A stretch of DNA of 64,000 nucleotides from contig OZ234494.1 in NCBI GenBank assembly GCA_965153455.1, positions 1,736,001 through 1,800,000 of the forward strand, read 5' to 3'. The DNA is from Sphagnum compactum. Its lineage: Eukaryota. Shown piece by piece: positions 12,322 through 25,690 of the stretch. Position 1 is the stretch's first letter. Each line of letters opens with the position of its first letter. The position numbers and the translations under genes are program-made. The notes below the pieces were generated by a model, which ran no database searches, was not told where the DNA came from, and saw only the letters and a list, made by a program, of their open reading frames with translations.

Positions 12322-15300
12322 TAAGCATTTATTATTTAATTATTTAATATGTTTTTATATTTAAAAATTGAACTATTTTTTTGATTAATTTTTTGGCTCC
12401 CCAAATTTTTGGCCTATTTGACTAGTCAAAAAGACCGTCAATCAAAAGAACCACCAATCAAGTTAGACATGTTCAAACTGACTTGTCCAAGATGACTAAG
12501 TGATCACGTTGACCAAATGTTAAAATGAATGGTTTTTAATTTAATTTTCTAGTCAAATAAATTATGATTTGCAAGAGTGAAGCTTGAAAACTTGAAAAAC
12601 CTAAAGGCTCATTGTTGCCTGAGAAGGCCCTAACCCTGAACGCTCAATGCCTGAAGCTTAAAAACAATATAAAAGATATGCATATCTAGATGTACATATC
12701 CGCACCCTAAACACCACATATGGATATGTATAACATAACTATGCATATTCAAGGTCTCATAAAAATATACCCATGGATATGAATAATGAATGATGTGGGT
12801 TTGCATATATGCATATGAATAAGGATATGTAAATGAAGTTACAAAAGCTGGTTACCAATTGTTCAAAATTTGGAAAATGGGCAGAGTCCGAATATGAATA
12901 TTTGCTAACCAGGGCATTGTTCATGTTGATAACCAACCTACTTACCTATATCTGGCCAATACTGATCTCAACCATAGAAGTAGCCTTAGAGTAAGGTAAC
13001 CTTCACCTTAGGGTAAAAAATAGGTGATTTTCAAACACAATTGTGGCGGCAATTGATTGGATTCCATTTAATTCCATTTAAATTAAAGACTAGGTACTTT
13101 GGACTTAAATGTCTAGAAGTAGGTACAGGGAGGCAATTAATTTGATTTAATAAAATTATTTATTTTCCACTTAAATATTATAAGTGGAAAATAATTTCCA
13201 CTTATTTCCAAGATATACTCCATTTCTATGCATCTATTTTTTTTTTTGGTTCTTGTGCAATTTGAGTTCAATTGTATTCTAATTTCTATGTTGAGGAATA
13301 CAAGTTGTGATGTATAAATTAAATGAGGTAATCTGAAATGCACTTGTGCTTAGAACTAAGCTAACTTAATGTAAATTTCATGGCATGGACTTCATATCTT
13401 TTTCACACATTTATTAATCTCAAAGTTCAAACACATGGGCATTAGAGTTTATTTAAATTACGTTTCTGATAATTTCTTCTTTGTCTGTTTCTGGGCCTGG
13501 CAGTTCTTAAGGATACGGATGTATGGTAGGTCTTTGCATGTAAATGGGGCCAACTATGGCCTATACGTAAGTGGATGCTTATCATAGGTAAGTGGGTAGG
13601 TAGTGTAAAGGTTTTTATGTAGGTGGGTTTGTAGGTGCATCACTTGGTGGCTTTTGAGGTAGGTAGATCCATGTGGATGGTTAGTAACATATTATGCTAA
13701 GAATCTTGTTGAAGGTGATTAGTGTAATGGACAAAACTAAAGTGCCCATATCAAAATAAATTAAATAGTTAGTCACCTTAATTAAAACAAATCCATCATA
13801 ACCACTTGCATTGCAAAAATATGAAAATGCATATATGTTATATAATTATGTTGGTATATGTGAGCATATACCCTGCATCTACCGACTTCAGTTTCTAGGT
13901 CAGAAATAAACCTCAAATATATATTAGCCAGGGAACATCAAAATAAGATATGTTTGAAATAGCTATTAATTGTGGGATATAATAATTAAATGAGTAAAAA
14001 AATTGTACCAACCAAGCAGGGTTTGATATTTATTCTCACATATACTTGTGGGTATATTAGGAAAAAGAAAAACCCGCAGAAACGCACTTAGAAAGGCCTA
14101 ATGAGAATAGAACACCAAGTTCAAATTGCAAGTTCAACTTGCTTTGTTACTTTGAAAAGGTACAAACATCATGACAAAACTTAGAACATGACAAAAAATT
14201 AGGAAATGCCTTTAATAACAATTTAGATCATGGGGACTATGAAAACCATGGCACATGGGTGGGTTTATTCATTTATTGTCCTTGTTGTACCTTAGGAACA
14301 AAGAGCAAACAAGACTTTTAGACTTTCTTAGCGCCAATGTCTTTATGCAACTAGTTTATGGCACATATAATGTAGTCCATATCAGAACTCAAGTAAAAGT
14401 ATGTAATTGTGTGCTCTTTTTAGTTGATGGAACATTTGTGGAGAACCAATTACCAACATGGAAATGGATGTATAAGGGAAAGCATCCATGTAAAAGCATC
14501 TACATCCACACCCCCAATTGGGCCGTTGATGGTTGTTAAGTGTTTATTGCATCCAACATACTTTGTTGTTTATTTCCTCATCCCACCCATAAACATGAAA
14601 AACACAGTATAAAGTGAGAGAATATTTAAATGTCACCTCCAATGTTTTTTTTTTTTTTTTTTGTTAGAGGATTTTCACACTATGGTGAAAAAAGAAAAAT
14701 GGATTTCTTTTTCTTTTTTAGTGATAAATTTGAAAAAGATGGAAAATTCTGCTGAACTTTTGAAACCAAAAAATTGAAAAAAAATAAAAAAATCCTGGTT
14801 GCTACCTGGGCCAATCATTATGGCCAATCAATCAAACACAATCATTTCCTTTAATTGGCCCTATTGGAGGTCATTGTATCATGGCCATAATATTATACAA
14901 GTCAAAAACTGGGTTTCACACTATTTGAAGTACTTGAAGGCTGTACTTCATCCAAATTGTTGTGTACAAGCCATTTTTCCTAGTGTGTGTGGAGATGCTT
15001 CTGGCAGAAATTTGTTGCCCTTGTAAATTAAACCAGGGTGATAGGAACTGGTAACCCAAATGCAAGGTGTGAGAACCATTGAGGCATCCCTGCCTGCATG
15101 TTGTGGGTCCCTTAGTACCCTTGAGAAAGAATTTTGAAACTCTTTCAAAACAGATCCATGTTACACTCTGGGAACACTCTCTGGGAACACCCAATCTGCC
15201 AGGCCTGGTGAATAATGCATTACATTACACTCTGGGAACACATGTTCACAAACCCCAGGCTTGTTTACGGGAATAACAAAACTCAAAATACAAAAGGAAT

Positions 15301-16534
15301 TCTTTCCAGAAATTCTTTCCCGAAATGTCCAAGTTGTATGATCTTGCAGTATCCAAGTTGTATGCGTAGTATGTGTGGCATGTTGCTATGCTGGATGGAG
15401 ACAGTAAAAGGCTGCACTCCGATTGGGTGTTGTCATCGTGTGTGGTCGGTCGCCTGTAGAGGCCAATTTGTCAAATTAGTGCCTTATGGAAAACTTGGTG
15501 ACTCTCTCTCTCTCTCTCTCTCTCTCTAAGAATGAGAAAGTTGAACTCACATGAGTGTCATTTTCAGCGATTATTTTGAGTCTTTATCAAAATGCAATAA
15601 TAATAATAATAATAAAATTTTTAAATCAATTCAGTAAGGAAACCAATGAGGGGTTATTGGCAATTCATTTGTAAACTCTAAGCACACAAAAATTTCTCGA
15701 TGATGGGGATAATCATTACATAGTTCCCCAATAAATTGTTGATATACATATTAAGCTAATATCCTAGTGGATAGGATCCACGTTTCTTGTGCCCAATTTG
15801 CAAGTGGTTGTGATTCACATCATCAAACTACTTTGGTTGTGCTAGATAGGAAGCCATGGGATGCAATGCACTAACTAATATTCACTAACTAATATTAGCT
15901 CGTCCATCGGGACAACATGTCATTAAATGAGAAGGACCCTTAGGAAGGGTTGAAAAGAGAGAGAGAGAGAGTTGATGGAGAATGGGGACTATTATTGTCT
16001 AGTCTATAGTCCTTGTGTTTCTTCTGGCTTCTGGAATATGGGTTGGAAGTGGTTTCAAATTGTAATTCTCTTTGCATGCCTTAGAAACAGTACACTTCAA
16101 TCGAGTACCACAAGATGATAATATCCTGAAGACTGTACTATTTATTGCAAAAGCTAAGTAGAAAAACAGAGTTAACCAATATCAAGTACTTATCAACAGC
16201 TGCACTGCGAGAAGACTTTTTCTGATCACGTATATCCCAAAATTAATTGGAAAAAAAACCATCTACATGGAGGTAGTTTCATTGAAAGCTAACAAAATGA
16301 TTAACTAAAATGCAATTTTAAACAATTGGAAAACCTAGCCTAGCCTGGTTGCAAGCTTTGTGTAGTCGATGCATTTTGATGTCCGCAAGCAATCCATATG
16401 CAACAAGCGTATGCCCATGTCTGGCATGATACATCGATATGGATGCCTTATGCTTGAGGCCTAATACATGAGGCTGAATATAAAAACAGTAACAAAATTT
16501 TCAATAGATTCATATGTAGTTTGTGGGCAGTTCA

Positions 16535-16562
16535 AGGGTTTGGGGTTTAAACCCCAAACCCT
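16535..16562. repeat. Perfect 28-bp palindrome of telomere-like units
   Basis: agggtttggggttt|aaaccccaaaccct. Confidence 0.9.
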
Positions 16563-17803
16563 AACCTCTTTCACACAATTAAAAGTCCCCAATTTGAAGT
16601 GTGGGTTTTCTTCTTCAGTTGGTTTCAGCCTCTGAATGAAGTTGGGTTACAATCCTTCTTCTCCATTTTGCCATAACCAAAATTAGAAGCATGGACCATA
16701 GAAAGAAATTTGCCAGATGTTTTGGTATCTAAGCAATTATCTCTTTAATTGGTGAATCAGAAGCGTTGCGATTTTAATTTAAATCCAATATGAGACCTTG
16801 AAGAGATAAGCTAGCAATTTAAAAGTTCAGCTCATAAAGCAATGGGATAAAATTTTCTAGTGCATTTGGAGGGCACATTAATATCTCAAAAAGAGGAGGT
16901 CCCTTACAATTACAAGAGGCCTGCTACACCTCAACAACCACCTCATTTGAGGCCCCTTACTTCAAGAATGCCCCACGACAGGGCCTTTAATTTAAATACA
17001 AAGTCAAAATCTTCAAATCCTTATTTCAAGAAAGCCCCACCCTAGGGCCTTACTTGAAATGCAAAATCAAAATCTTCAAAAAAAGGGAATACTCTTACCT
17101 GTATAGCAGGTTTTACTAAAATTACATTATTTTAAAGGTGTCAAAATTAGAATTATAGAAATTTCTTCATCAAAATTTCTATGTGCTGAAACTTAATTTT
17201 TTTCAAATTAATTAATTATTGGGTAGAGACCTGCTGAACCAACCTGCTGTTCACAGGTACAGTACATAGATCTAAGATACCTAGAGTAACATTTTACAGT
17301 CTACAACAGCCCAGTGTTTCAATTTTGAATTTTTTACAATTTCACACCAAATAAAAGAATACCTTTTCCATTTTATTTTTTTTGTAAAACACTGAAATAA
17401 AAAGATGCTTCCAAGTTTTTCTCCAAAACTTCAAAAACAGTGAAAAATTTGCCAAAAAAAAGTTTAAAATAAATTAAAAAACAAACCAACCAAGCAAACA
17501 ATGATGTAGACAAGTCCCCTCTTCTCTTCTTCTCTCATGTCCAATTGACATGCCACACTGTGATGCGCATCGTGCAACAAGCTTTAATCCCCATATCGCA
17601 GTCATTTTTACCAAAGGGAAAAAGGGCGGGGGGTGGGGGGGGGGGTACCTAGAATTAGCCATGGCCCACCTCTAAGGGGCTGGCTAAAAACAACCAAACC
17701 CATAGTGTAGTGTTGTGTTCTTCTTCTTCTTCTGTTTTCTTCTCACTCCTTTTCGTTTCCTGCTACAATCGTCGTCGTCTTGTTGTCTCAAGCTTACATC
17801 TTG

Positions 17804-18100
17804 CATCCACAAAGCTCTCTCCCTTTCTCTACATTCTCGTCTGGGCGTCTTTAGACGCGCCAGGAGGAGCTCCTGGTGATCCGTGCAGCGGCCGCCCACG
17901 AGCGCGCGGGTGCTAAGGTTCGCTCCTATACCATCTCTCTCTCGTCGTCATATCTCCCATCCACAAAGCTCCCTCCATTTCTATACACTCTCGTCTTGGC
18001 GTCTTTGGACACGCCAGGAGGAGCTCCTGGTGATCCGTGCAGCGGACGCCCGCGCGCTGGTGCTAAGGTTCGTCCCTATCCTATCTCTCTCTCTCTCTCC
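17804..18100 (+). repeat. GC-rich tandem duplication (154-bp period) in the probable 5' leader/promoter of the AP2-like gene
   Basis: catccacaaagctc...gccaggaggagctcctggtgatccgtgcagcgg...tgctaaggttcg at 17804 and 17958. Confidence 0.9.
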
Positions 18101-18961
18101 GGGGTGGCGGTATGAAGTGGAGCGCGCGCCTTGTTACTTTTACGTTCTCGTGGTGGTGGTCGTCTGAAGTGGAGCGCGCCTTGTTACGCTTTTGTCAAGT
18201 TTCGTGTCATGTCGCCAAGCGCGTGCGGGCGTGTTAACTTTAGTCTTTAGTGTTTCGTAGAATGTAGGGAGCTGCTTTCCAGATTAATAAGAATTTTCGT
18301 GACGTTAATTCTATTTGCAACGAGAAGATTGATGACCTTTTTTTTTCTTTTTCTTCTAGCTCTTATAAATGTCTTGATATTCTCCAGTCTTGCATTGTCA
18401 TAGCATGGCGCGTCTGTACACTAGTTTTTGAATCTATCCGTATCTAACTCCACTTTCTCCAAAATTCAATTACTAGCTAGCTTGAACGGAGATGATGTTG
18501 GGCGCATGAGTAAGTGAGTCGATCGTATGTAGTTTGTTTGAGATGCGGATGTGCGCATGGAGGGTGGTAAACGGCTACTTTCTGAAGTCACCAGCTTGTT
18601 GATCGCTGGAGAATTTCTTTTTTCCCCAAAGCTGTCAAGGTTCTGTTTCCAACAAAACTGTGAGGAGGTGTAGACAGTCGCGCGCACAGTTGTGCTAACC
18701 TCCCGGATCGCTCATCTCTGTTTATGGCTTCACCTGCAGGTGGAAGCTGAATCCGCTTGTCTCGGAAGTCAGGCCATCTCGGTATCAGGTTGCAGAGGAA
18801 GGTAACCTCCAAATAGCTGTTAGCTGTCTGTCTTTCCTACATTACAGAAGCTTGCATGTGCATCCTTCGGCACAAAGCTCTCTCTTGTATAACTACAAAC
18901 AACAAAACAAAAGAATCCATGTAGTTATGTGACTTGATGCTGGAAAACACATGCAGGTAAG

Positions 18962-21900
18962 ATGAAGATGTCCAAGAAGATGTCTCGAGACCAACGGATA
19001 GCAACAAGCGCACTGATGGAGCTATCTGCACGTCCAACGGTACTCGCGATCAAGTCTGGACCACAACGGAGAGCACCAAAAGCACAAGCGCTAGCTGCCG
19101 CACCAAACACAGTAGCCCCAGCAGCGGCTGCTAGTGGCAATGTTGTGAAGACGAAGTACAGGCATATCCATTTTTATAAAGACTCTGGCAAGTTTGGGAC
19201 TTGGTCCAGGTAAGAATCTACTAGTCAAGGCTACTAGTGTTTTCCAGATCTACATGCAAGACCATTAAATGTTCAGCTGTGGTGATCAGTGTGCTGATCA
19301 GAGTCTCTGACGACTTCCTTCCTGGGTACCACCAGCTAGATGTATAGCAACTGGTATGTAGATCACTAGTCTTGCTTGAATAGAAACACAAAACGTTAGG
19401 ATTAAAATCTCCAACTTGATCAAATGCATAAATATACAACATGCAAGTCATTATTCATATAAATACTGGTCATTCATCAACTGGGTATTACAGCATCTGG
19501 GTTCAAAATTTGACATGGTTTATATATATCTGATGATCTATTCAAAAAGTGAGGCTTAATTTTGTGTTTGTTTTGCAGGCCATACAGAGGATGCCCACAG
19601 AAGCGGGTCTATATAGGTATATACGTTCATGAGTCACCATGTGACCATCTGTTGACCATCTGTTATGTTACAGTAGCATGCATATAGAAACTGACCTTTA
19701 ATTAGTAATTGTGGTACTCATCAAATGTAGATGACGCCAGTACATCTGGTCAATGGTTTCTGAAACTTGTTCATTTGTTTGTTCACTTGCAGGATCCTTC
19801 AGGAGTATGTATCTCTCCAAAAGGTAATTATTAGTTGTTTATCTCCCCAAACTCCTCATGAATAATAAGCTGGTTTACTGTAGATACTTGAAGAAATATA
19901 TAGAACTTAGTGATGTTGCATTGCAAGCACTTACAACTTGTGCTTCCCTAGCTTATACACCTTGTCTGGTTGCTCAAGTATAAGCCTGTATTATGAGGTG
20001 AATCAGGGCCCAAGATAGGGCTTACCTGAAGTACAAGTTGGACACCAAGATACAGCTTCACTTCAAAGAAAGTGACTATGCCTTGGACGAAGAACTGGTA
20101 AGCTTCAAGTACCATGTAAAAGAATTGGAGTGATGTTAGCATGGTCATCATGCATCTTGATTGATCAGCCATACGGAAGCTGTGCATTGATATGAGCCTT
20201 GAACAGTCCCTTCTAAATGATTCTAAATGATTCCTGTGTCACCTGCATGCATGCATGCAGAGAAATACAATGAACGACCTTGATTTTGTCAAGCTTCTGA
20301 GAGCTGAAAGCCGAGACTACTACAAGCTGGCAGCTGAACCATCAAAATGTAGGTAGCTTTTCCCAATTTTGGACGTACAGATCAATAGCATAAATTGTCA
20401 TTCTTTTACACCTTCGAACTAATAACAGAACCTGACCAGAACTTCAACCAAATTTCTCTGTGCTTGAGGCCTCCCTTTGAGCTAAAACTTGACTAGTAAC
20501 CTCTTGCGTCCATCTTAATACACATTGACATTTGCAGATTATGAAGATGGTGAATGATTTTAGCTGCATGAGCTGCAGTGACTAATCTCTACATGCATCA
20601 TTAATCTCTGGTCTCTAATTTGCCCGCAGGCCTGCAATCATACTACAAGCCTCCAAGTGAAGATGAGGAGACTCAAGTGCTTGTGGGATCATTCTCCAAA
20701 TCGACTCCTGAGACCAAGTACAGATCTAGTCCTATTTTCCCTTGATATGAGCTGATGACTGCTATAGACATTTATATCAATGCCTTTTCTGAACAGCAGA
20801 ACTTGATGATATGCAGCAAATGCTCAGTTAGAATGTACTGCTGTGGTTTTATATGCCATCTTGGTGTCCTCTTCTTTTGAGAGGAAAAGAAAAAGCTTGG
20901 ACACTACATGAAGAAACTTGCAGAATGATCCAATGAGTGACATAGGTGTAATTAAGAACTAGTTTAAACTCACTATAATGCATGTAGTAAAGCTGCAGCT
21001 ACAAGTGATCAATTGTCTTGATTTGTAATTATGGGCTTGTAGATGCTTAATTGGATGTTTAGTAGAAGTCATTTGATCTGCACTATCATGGATATCTGAT
21101 GTTGTGCATTCTAGAGCATCTTCTTCTACCGCTATTGAGGAACCTGAAAAAGTCTCACGGCCAAAGAGGCGGGCGAAGACACTCTGCTCTGAAGTGATTC
21201 GCAAAGTTTGCAGCAAGAAGCCCAGGAGCTCTGAAGTAATTCACAAAGTTTGCAGCAAGAAGCCCATGGGGGCTAAGAAAGTCTGCTCCCCAGTACGTAG
21301 CAAAGTTTGCAGCAAGAAGCCACTGGGGGCTAAGACACGCTGCTCCAAAGTACTTAGGAAAGTATGCAACAAGCAGCTACAGCGACCGAGGTAATTTATT
21401 ACCCAGCTCCAGGACATGATCCTAGACTAATTTTTTTGTTAATAGACGTTCAATCCATTCCTCATGGAATCCAGAGTGCCAAATTGTGTCAAAAATTTGG
21501 TCTAAGAATTGGTCTTATTAACTTCCTGTTGGTGGGTGGCAACTGCTGCAACTCAAATGCAGCGAGCATGAAATCCGCTTGGCAATTGAGGCTTCATTAA
21601 AGTCTATGGAGACTGCACCACCGAGCTTGGCACCAAACGCAGTGGCAGACATGTTCCTGGACCATGTCTCCATAGTGCGCAAACAGAGAAGCCCCGGAAA
21701 ATCAGCTTTCTGGAAGACAATCAATGCTCGCAGTACTACAAGAGCTGGAGCAGAAGGGAGTCATGCTGTAGCAACTGCAGTAGCAACTGAAATTCTATCT
21801 GCAATACTATCTGCAATTCCAATTTCAGAATGCGAAAGGTAATAATTAAGCTATAATTCCTCATGAAATTACTACTGTTGTTTGTTGATTCAAATATGAT

Positions 21901-22163
21901 CTACTAGCTAGCGACAGCCATTATTATACGATTGCTAGCAATTTTGTGAATGAATTTTACAAGCTCAAATTTGCTTGGACCTTTTGTTTTTTCTTTGCAG
22001 ATCCAATGTCATGCAGTTGGACAACTCCTTGGATATGGAGAAAGACCAGCAGCAGCAGCTGGAGGTGAACATGAGTATTCCCACTACTCCATTGAAGTCA
22101 AGATTCGCGATGATGGACATTCCTTTCAAAAAGAGAACAGCATTCAGACAGAGGTTTGAGTAA
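18962..22163 (+). CDS. Divergent single-repeat AP2-domain protein (~432-436 aa) with basic Cys repeats, a UIM-like motif and C-terminal IPFKKR
   Basis: GT-AG exons join in frame: 18962-19209, 19579-19616, 19793-19823, 20007-20097, 20261-20348, (optional 20538-20549), 20630-20717, 21115-21390, 21563-21838, 22001-22163. The spliced domain reads KTKYRHIHFYKDSGKFGTWSR|PYRGCPQKRVYIG|SFRSMYLSKR|AQDRAYLKYKLDTKIQLHFKESDYALDEEL|RNTMNDLDFVKLLRAES, which aligns with YRG...VYLG.F....AARAYD.A...INF...DY...EFV..LRR. Exons after 20348 are less certain. Confidence 0.8.
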
Positions 22164-25049
22164 GCTGTTTGTGTTAAAAGAAGCTTCTGCTTGGCTTTAC
22201 AATTGCTGTGTGTTTCAGAACCTACTACTACTGCAGCAGCAGCTGCAGGATGCCTAATGTCATATATCTACCAGTACCCACCAAGTCCTTACTTACAAGT
22301 GTGGTAGCCTGGTAGGTCACAAATAACTACAGAGATACACCAAGCCAAAGACCAAGCTAGACCAATCACCCAGTTGGAACTAATGTAGATTTTGGACTAG
22401 TTGCTTTGGACCTTTTTTTTGAAATTCCTAGTGTGAACTATTGAAAAGACAATAAGAACTAGGCAACATTGGTGTGGATTAATTGTTTTGCACCAAATTT
22501 ACAATTATTAGTGTGAACCAATGTTGGTTGGTTTCAAGATTTGAACCAATTCCTTATAATTATTAATGTGGACTAGTGTGGTCTAAATTCAAGTTTTGGA
22601 CCAATTCCTTCTAATTATTGTTGTGGACTAAGGTAGAAATGTTTTCCACTATTTAATAGTTGACGTCCAAATGGTTGGTAAGAACTCATTGGTGGCCTCT
22701 TTGTCATTCAATAACCCATTCATGACCGAACATTTGATTGAAGTTTTACTTTATCAATCTTTTTGGTTTGTCAGTTTGGAATGATGTTCTATTATGCAAT
22801 TAAGGAGTTTGGAATATGTTGGTGTTTTGACCCCATCATGAGTAGTTGTGTTTGGTGGTGGGGTGCAAAGGTGCACATTTTAATGCATACAATTGACCAT
22901 AAACAAGGGTGGGGAAATGTGGTTGTATTTTGACCACTTAGTTCATGGGTGTGGTTTGGTACATTTTTTACATTAAAGGAGTCCGGTTTAGCAAAAGCAA
23001 TGCTTGGAGTAAAGGTGGTTTGGGCCCACTTTTGCAAAAATTCAAATGGAACAACAAAGGTAGCATTTGGTTATGGGTATCATATGGAACACTTTAAGGA
23101 CAAAATTGTTCATCTTTACAAAGGAATTGTTTGATTTAGAGGTGGTTTGGGCCCATTTTTTCAAAACTACAAGAACACAAGCTAAGGTGAATGTTGGTGA
23201 AGTGGTGTTTTGGGCCAATCTAAAGAAAAATTTAAGAACAAAAAAAGGGTAATTGTTTGGTTAATGGGGTGGGTTTGTCACACTAAAAGGTATGCAATTG
23301 AACATTAATAAACAAAACCCTATCAATCTTATAATGCACAAACATCACCAAAGGCAATATGATCTTTGGATCCTACAAACATGCACATTTATTAGCAAGT
23401 CAAATGAGAAACTAAGCAACATATTTCCCTATCCTTTTGCATTTCCTGCCAAAAATTATAACAAGACAACAATTTATATAGGCAAAGTTGAAATCATCTA
23501 AGCAAGGATACTTTTTCATTTTAATTCTCAACTCTTTTTTACCAAGTATGTCCTCCCTACCAAGTACCATTGAAGATGAACTACAATCTTTCTTATGGTT
23601 CCTTGTACAATAATGTTGAAAATTGTAGTAAGAAGCCAAAATTTAAAAGTCAAGGTACAGTATGCAAAGGAAAAAAACCCAACCTGGAAAATAAACAAAG
23701 AAGTATATTTTTAAAAATGAATGGAAAAGTGTAGGAAAATATTAACACTAAGACTAGATGTAAAGATATAAATCATAAATCATATTCACATAGAGGTTCA
23801 AGAAATACTTGTATTATCATTGGTTTGCACAATTTGTATCAAGAAGTTTTAGAATTCACAATAGTGCAAAGAGGACTAGAATACAACATGCTTTAATTCA
23901 CCACAAAGTTTGAGGTTCACACCCACAACATGCACATCAACCTTAGATGTTATTCTAGTTTGGAAAAACTTTGATGACTTTTACACAATCATTTCATCTA
24001 TTGAACCATTGGACACATATGCATTAGAAACATATATAAACTTAGTTCACTTTTTTAATTTTTCCTTTGTGTTGAAGAAAGACAAAGGCATACCACTAGT
24101 TGGGCCAAGCTGCAAACCCCCAACTCCTTGGAAATTAGGGTTGGGAGGAGTGAGGAACTAATGCAATTGAATGTGCCTTGCAACCAATGAAGCAACATGT
24201 TAAATCTGGCTACATTAGACAAGGAGAATGTGCCCTCTACTTCTAAAACATAGCCAAAACAAAAAGGTTACAAAGGTTAATTGGGTTCATATATATGGTT
24301 ATGGTAAGGGGCAAATGGACAATTAAAGCATTGGAAGAGATAGTGAATGATATTGAAAGTAGAAAGGTGAAATCACATTATGGTGGCCCCCTTTTGGGCA
24401 CTTTCATGGGTATTCTTATATATACACCTCCCCAAATGTGATTCATTTAATTTTTAGTTCATTTTTTTGTGTTTAAGAATTATAATTTGAACTTTCACAA
24501 AGTTAATTTTATTTAATATGGAAATAAATGATAAATATAATAATTTAAATTAAGGTAACCATGGGTAAATTTATATATACACAATATAACAAACCTGGGT
24601 TCCATTTCAAACTATACTATAATGTTAATTTCATTATAATTCAAATAAGCATTTGAAAAAAATCTTAAAATCCTCCCTTCTCAAAATATTTGTCACCTTA
24701 CATTTGAAAGTGATTTCTTCTCAAAATGTCAATTTACCACATACTTATGCTTAAGGCTCCCAAAAAATTTCATATATGACATGAAAATTATCACCAAAAA
24801 AAAGTTTCACAAATATTCCCATCCACCATAATATAAAGAAAAATAAATACATTTCTATTTGTTTACTTGGGTTATGTCCTAACATAATATGATTAAACAT
24901 TATGAAACTCATTAATTTTGACATGGTTAGGTTCATAAATGCACTACCCAAAAAAACATTACAACATGATTACACAAAGAGGGCCACTGTAATGTGCTTT
25001 CATTTTGAACTTGTTTCTTAGGGGGGCAAGTAGGTTATGGAACATACCT

Positions 25050-25690
25050 TTGAGCTCCTTTTGTGATCATAACCCCAAGGAGGATTGGTAATAGAAGAGG
25101 AGGATGTTTGACTATCATTTGTTGGACCTTAGCTATGAAGGAATGTGGTTTGTCCATATCCCTACACTAGCTAATTAAAGATGAAGGTTATAAAGTTGAC
25201 ACAAACAAAACCTACACCATTTTGAAAGTGTATACCAAGGAGCAACTAATGGCACCAATTCAAATGTAGATGTCCATAATTGAACATAAGACTAGTTGAA
25301 GGACTTGACGTATGTAGAAGACAAGGTTTGACTACCAATTCTTGCAATTCAATCTACCACAACTTGCAAAATTATACAACCAACATCAATATACAAGTCA
25401 CATATGGAATTTGATGGAACATGCATTCAAGTGGGTAGACAATCAAAAGTAAAGGTTCTAGCTAGGAGAAGGTCCAATGTCGTTTATAACATCATCCCCA
25501 AGTCTTGGGAATGGTTAATTATAAATTGTGCAATAAATGCAACAAGTGTGATTTTGTTAAGATTCTATATTTTCATAGGTGAAAGATTGAGAAATGATTA
25601 CATTAAGCTTTGCAAATTAAGAACATGCATGGTAGTGCAAAAGAAAGCATGGATGATTTTTTTGTTTAAAAAGTTCTTATCTTTCTACGC
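25050..25690 (+). mobile_element. pogo/Tigger-like (DDE_1) transposase remnant
   Basis: DGTCIQVGRQSKVKVLARR, EWLIINCAINA and QKKAWM..FKKFL, with an upstream HTH-like decayed region. Confidence 0.75.

Noticed and set aside
19883-19983. Alternative AP2 exon after tgtag at 19882
   Set aside because: Has no AP2 similarity and runs into a stop; the 20007-20097 exon fits both motif and phase.
22234-22254. Resemblance to the euAP2 miR172 target site (cagcagcagctgcaggatgcc versus CTGCAGCATCATCAGGATTCT) ~70 nt after the stop
   Set aside because: About six mismatches including the central positions; largely explained by a CAG repeat; miR172 is not established in mosses.
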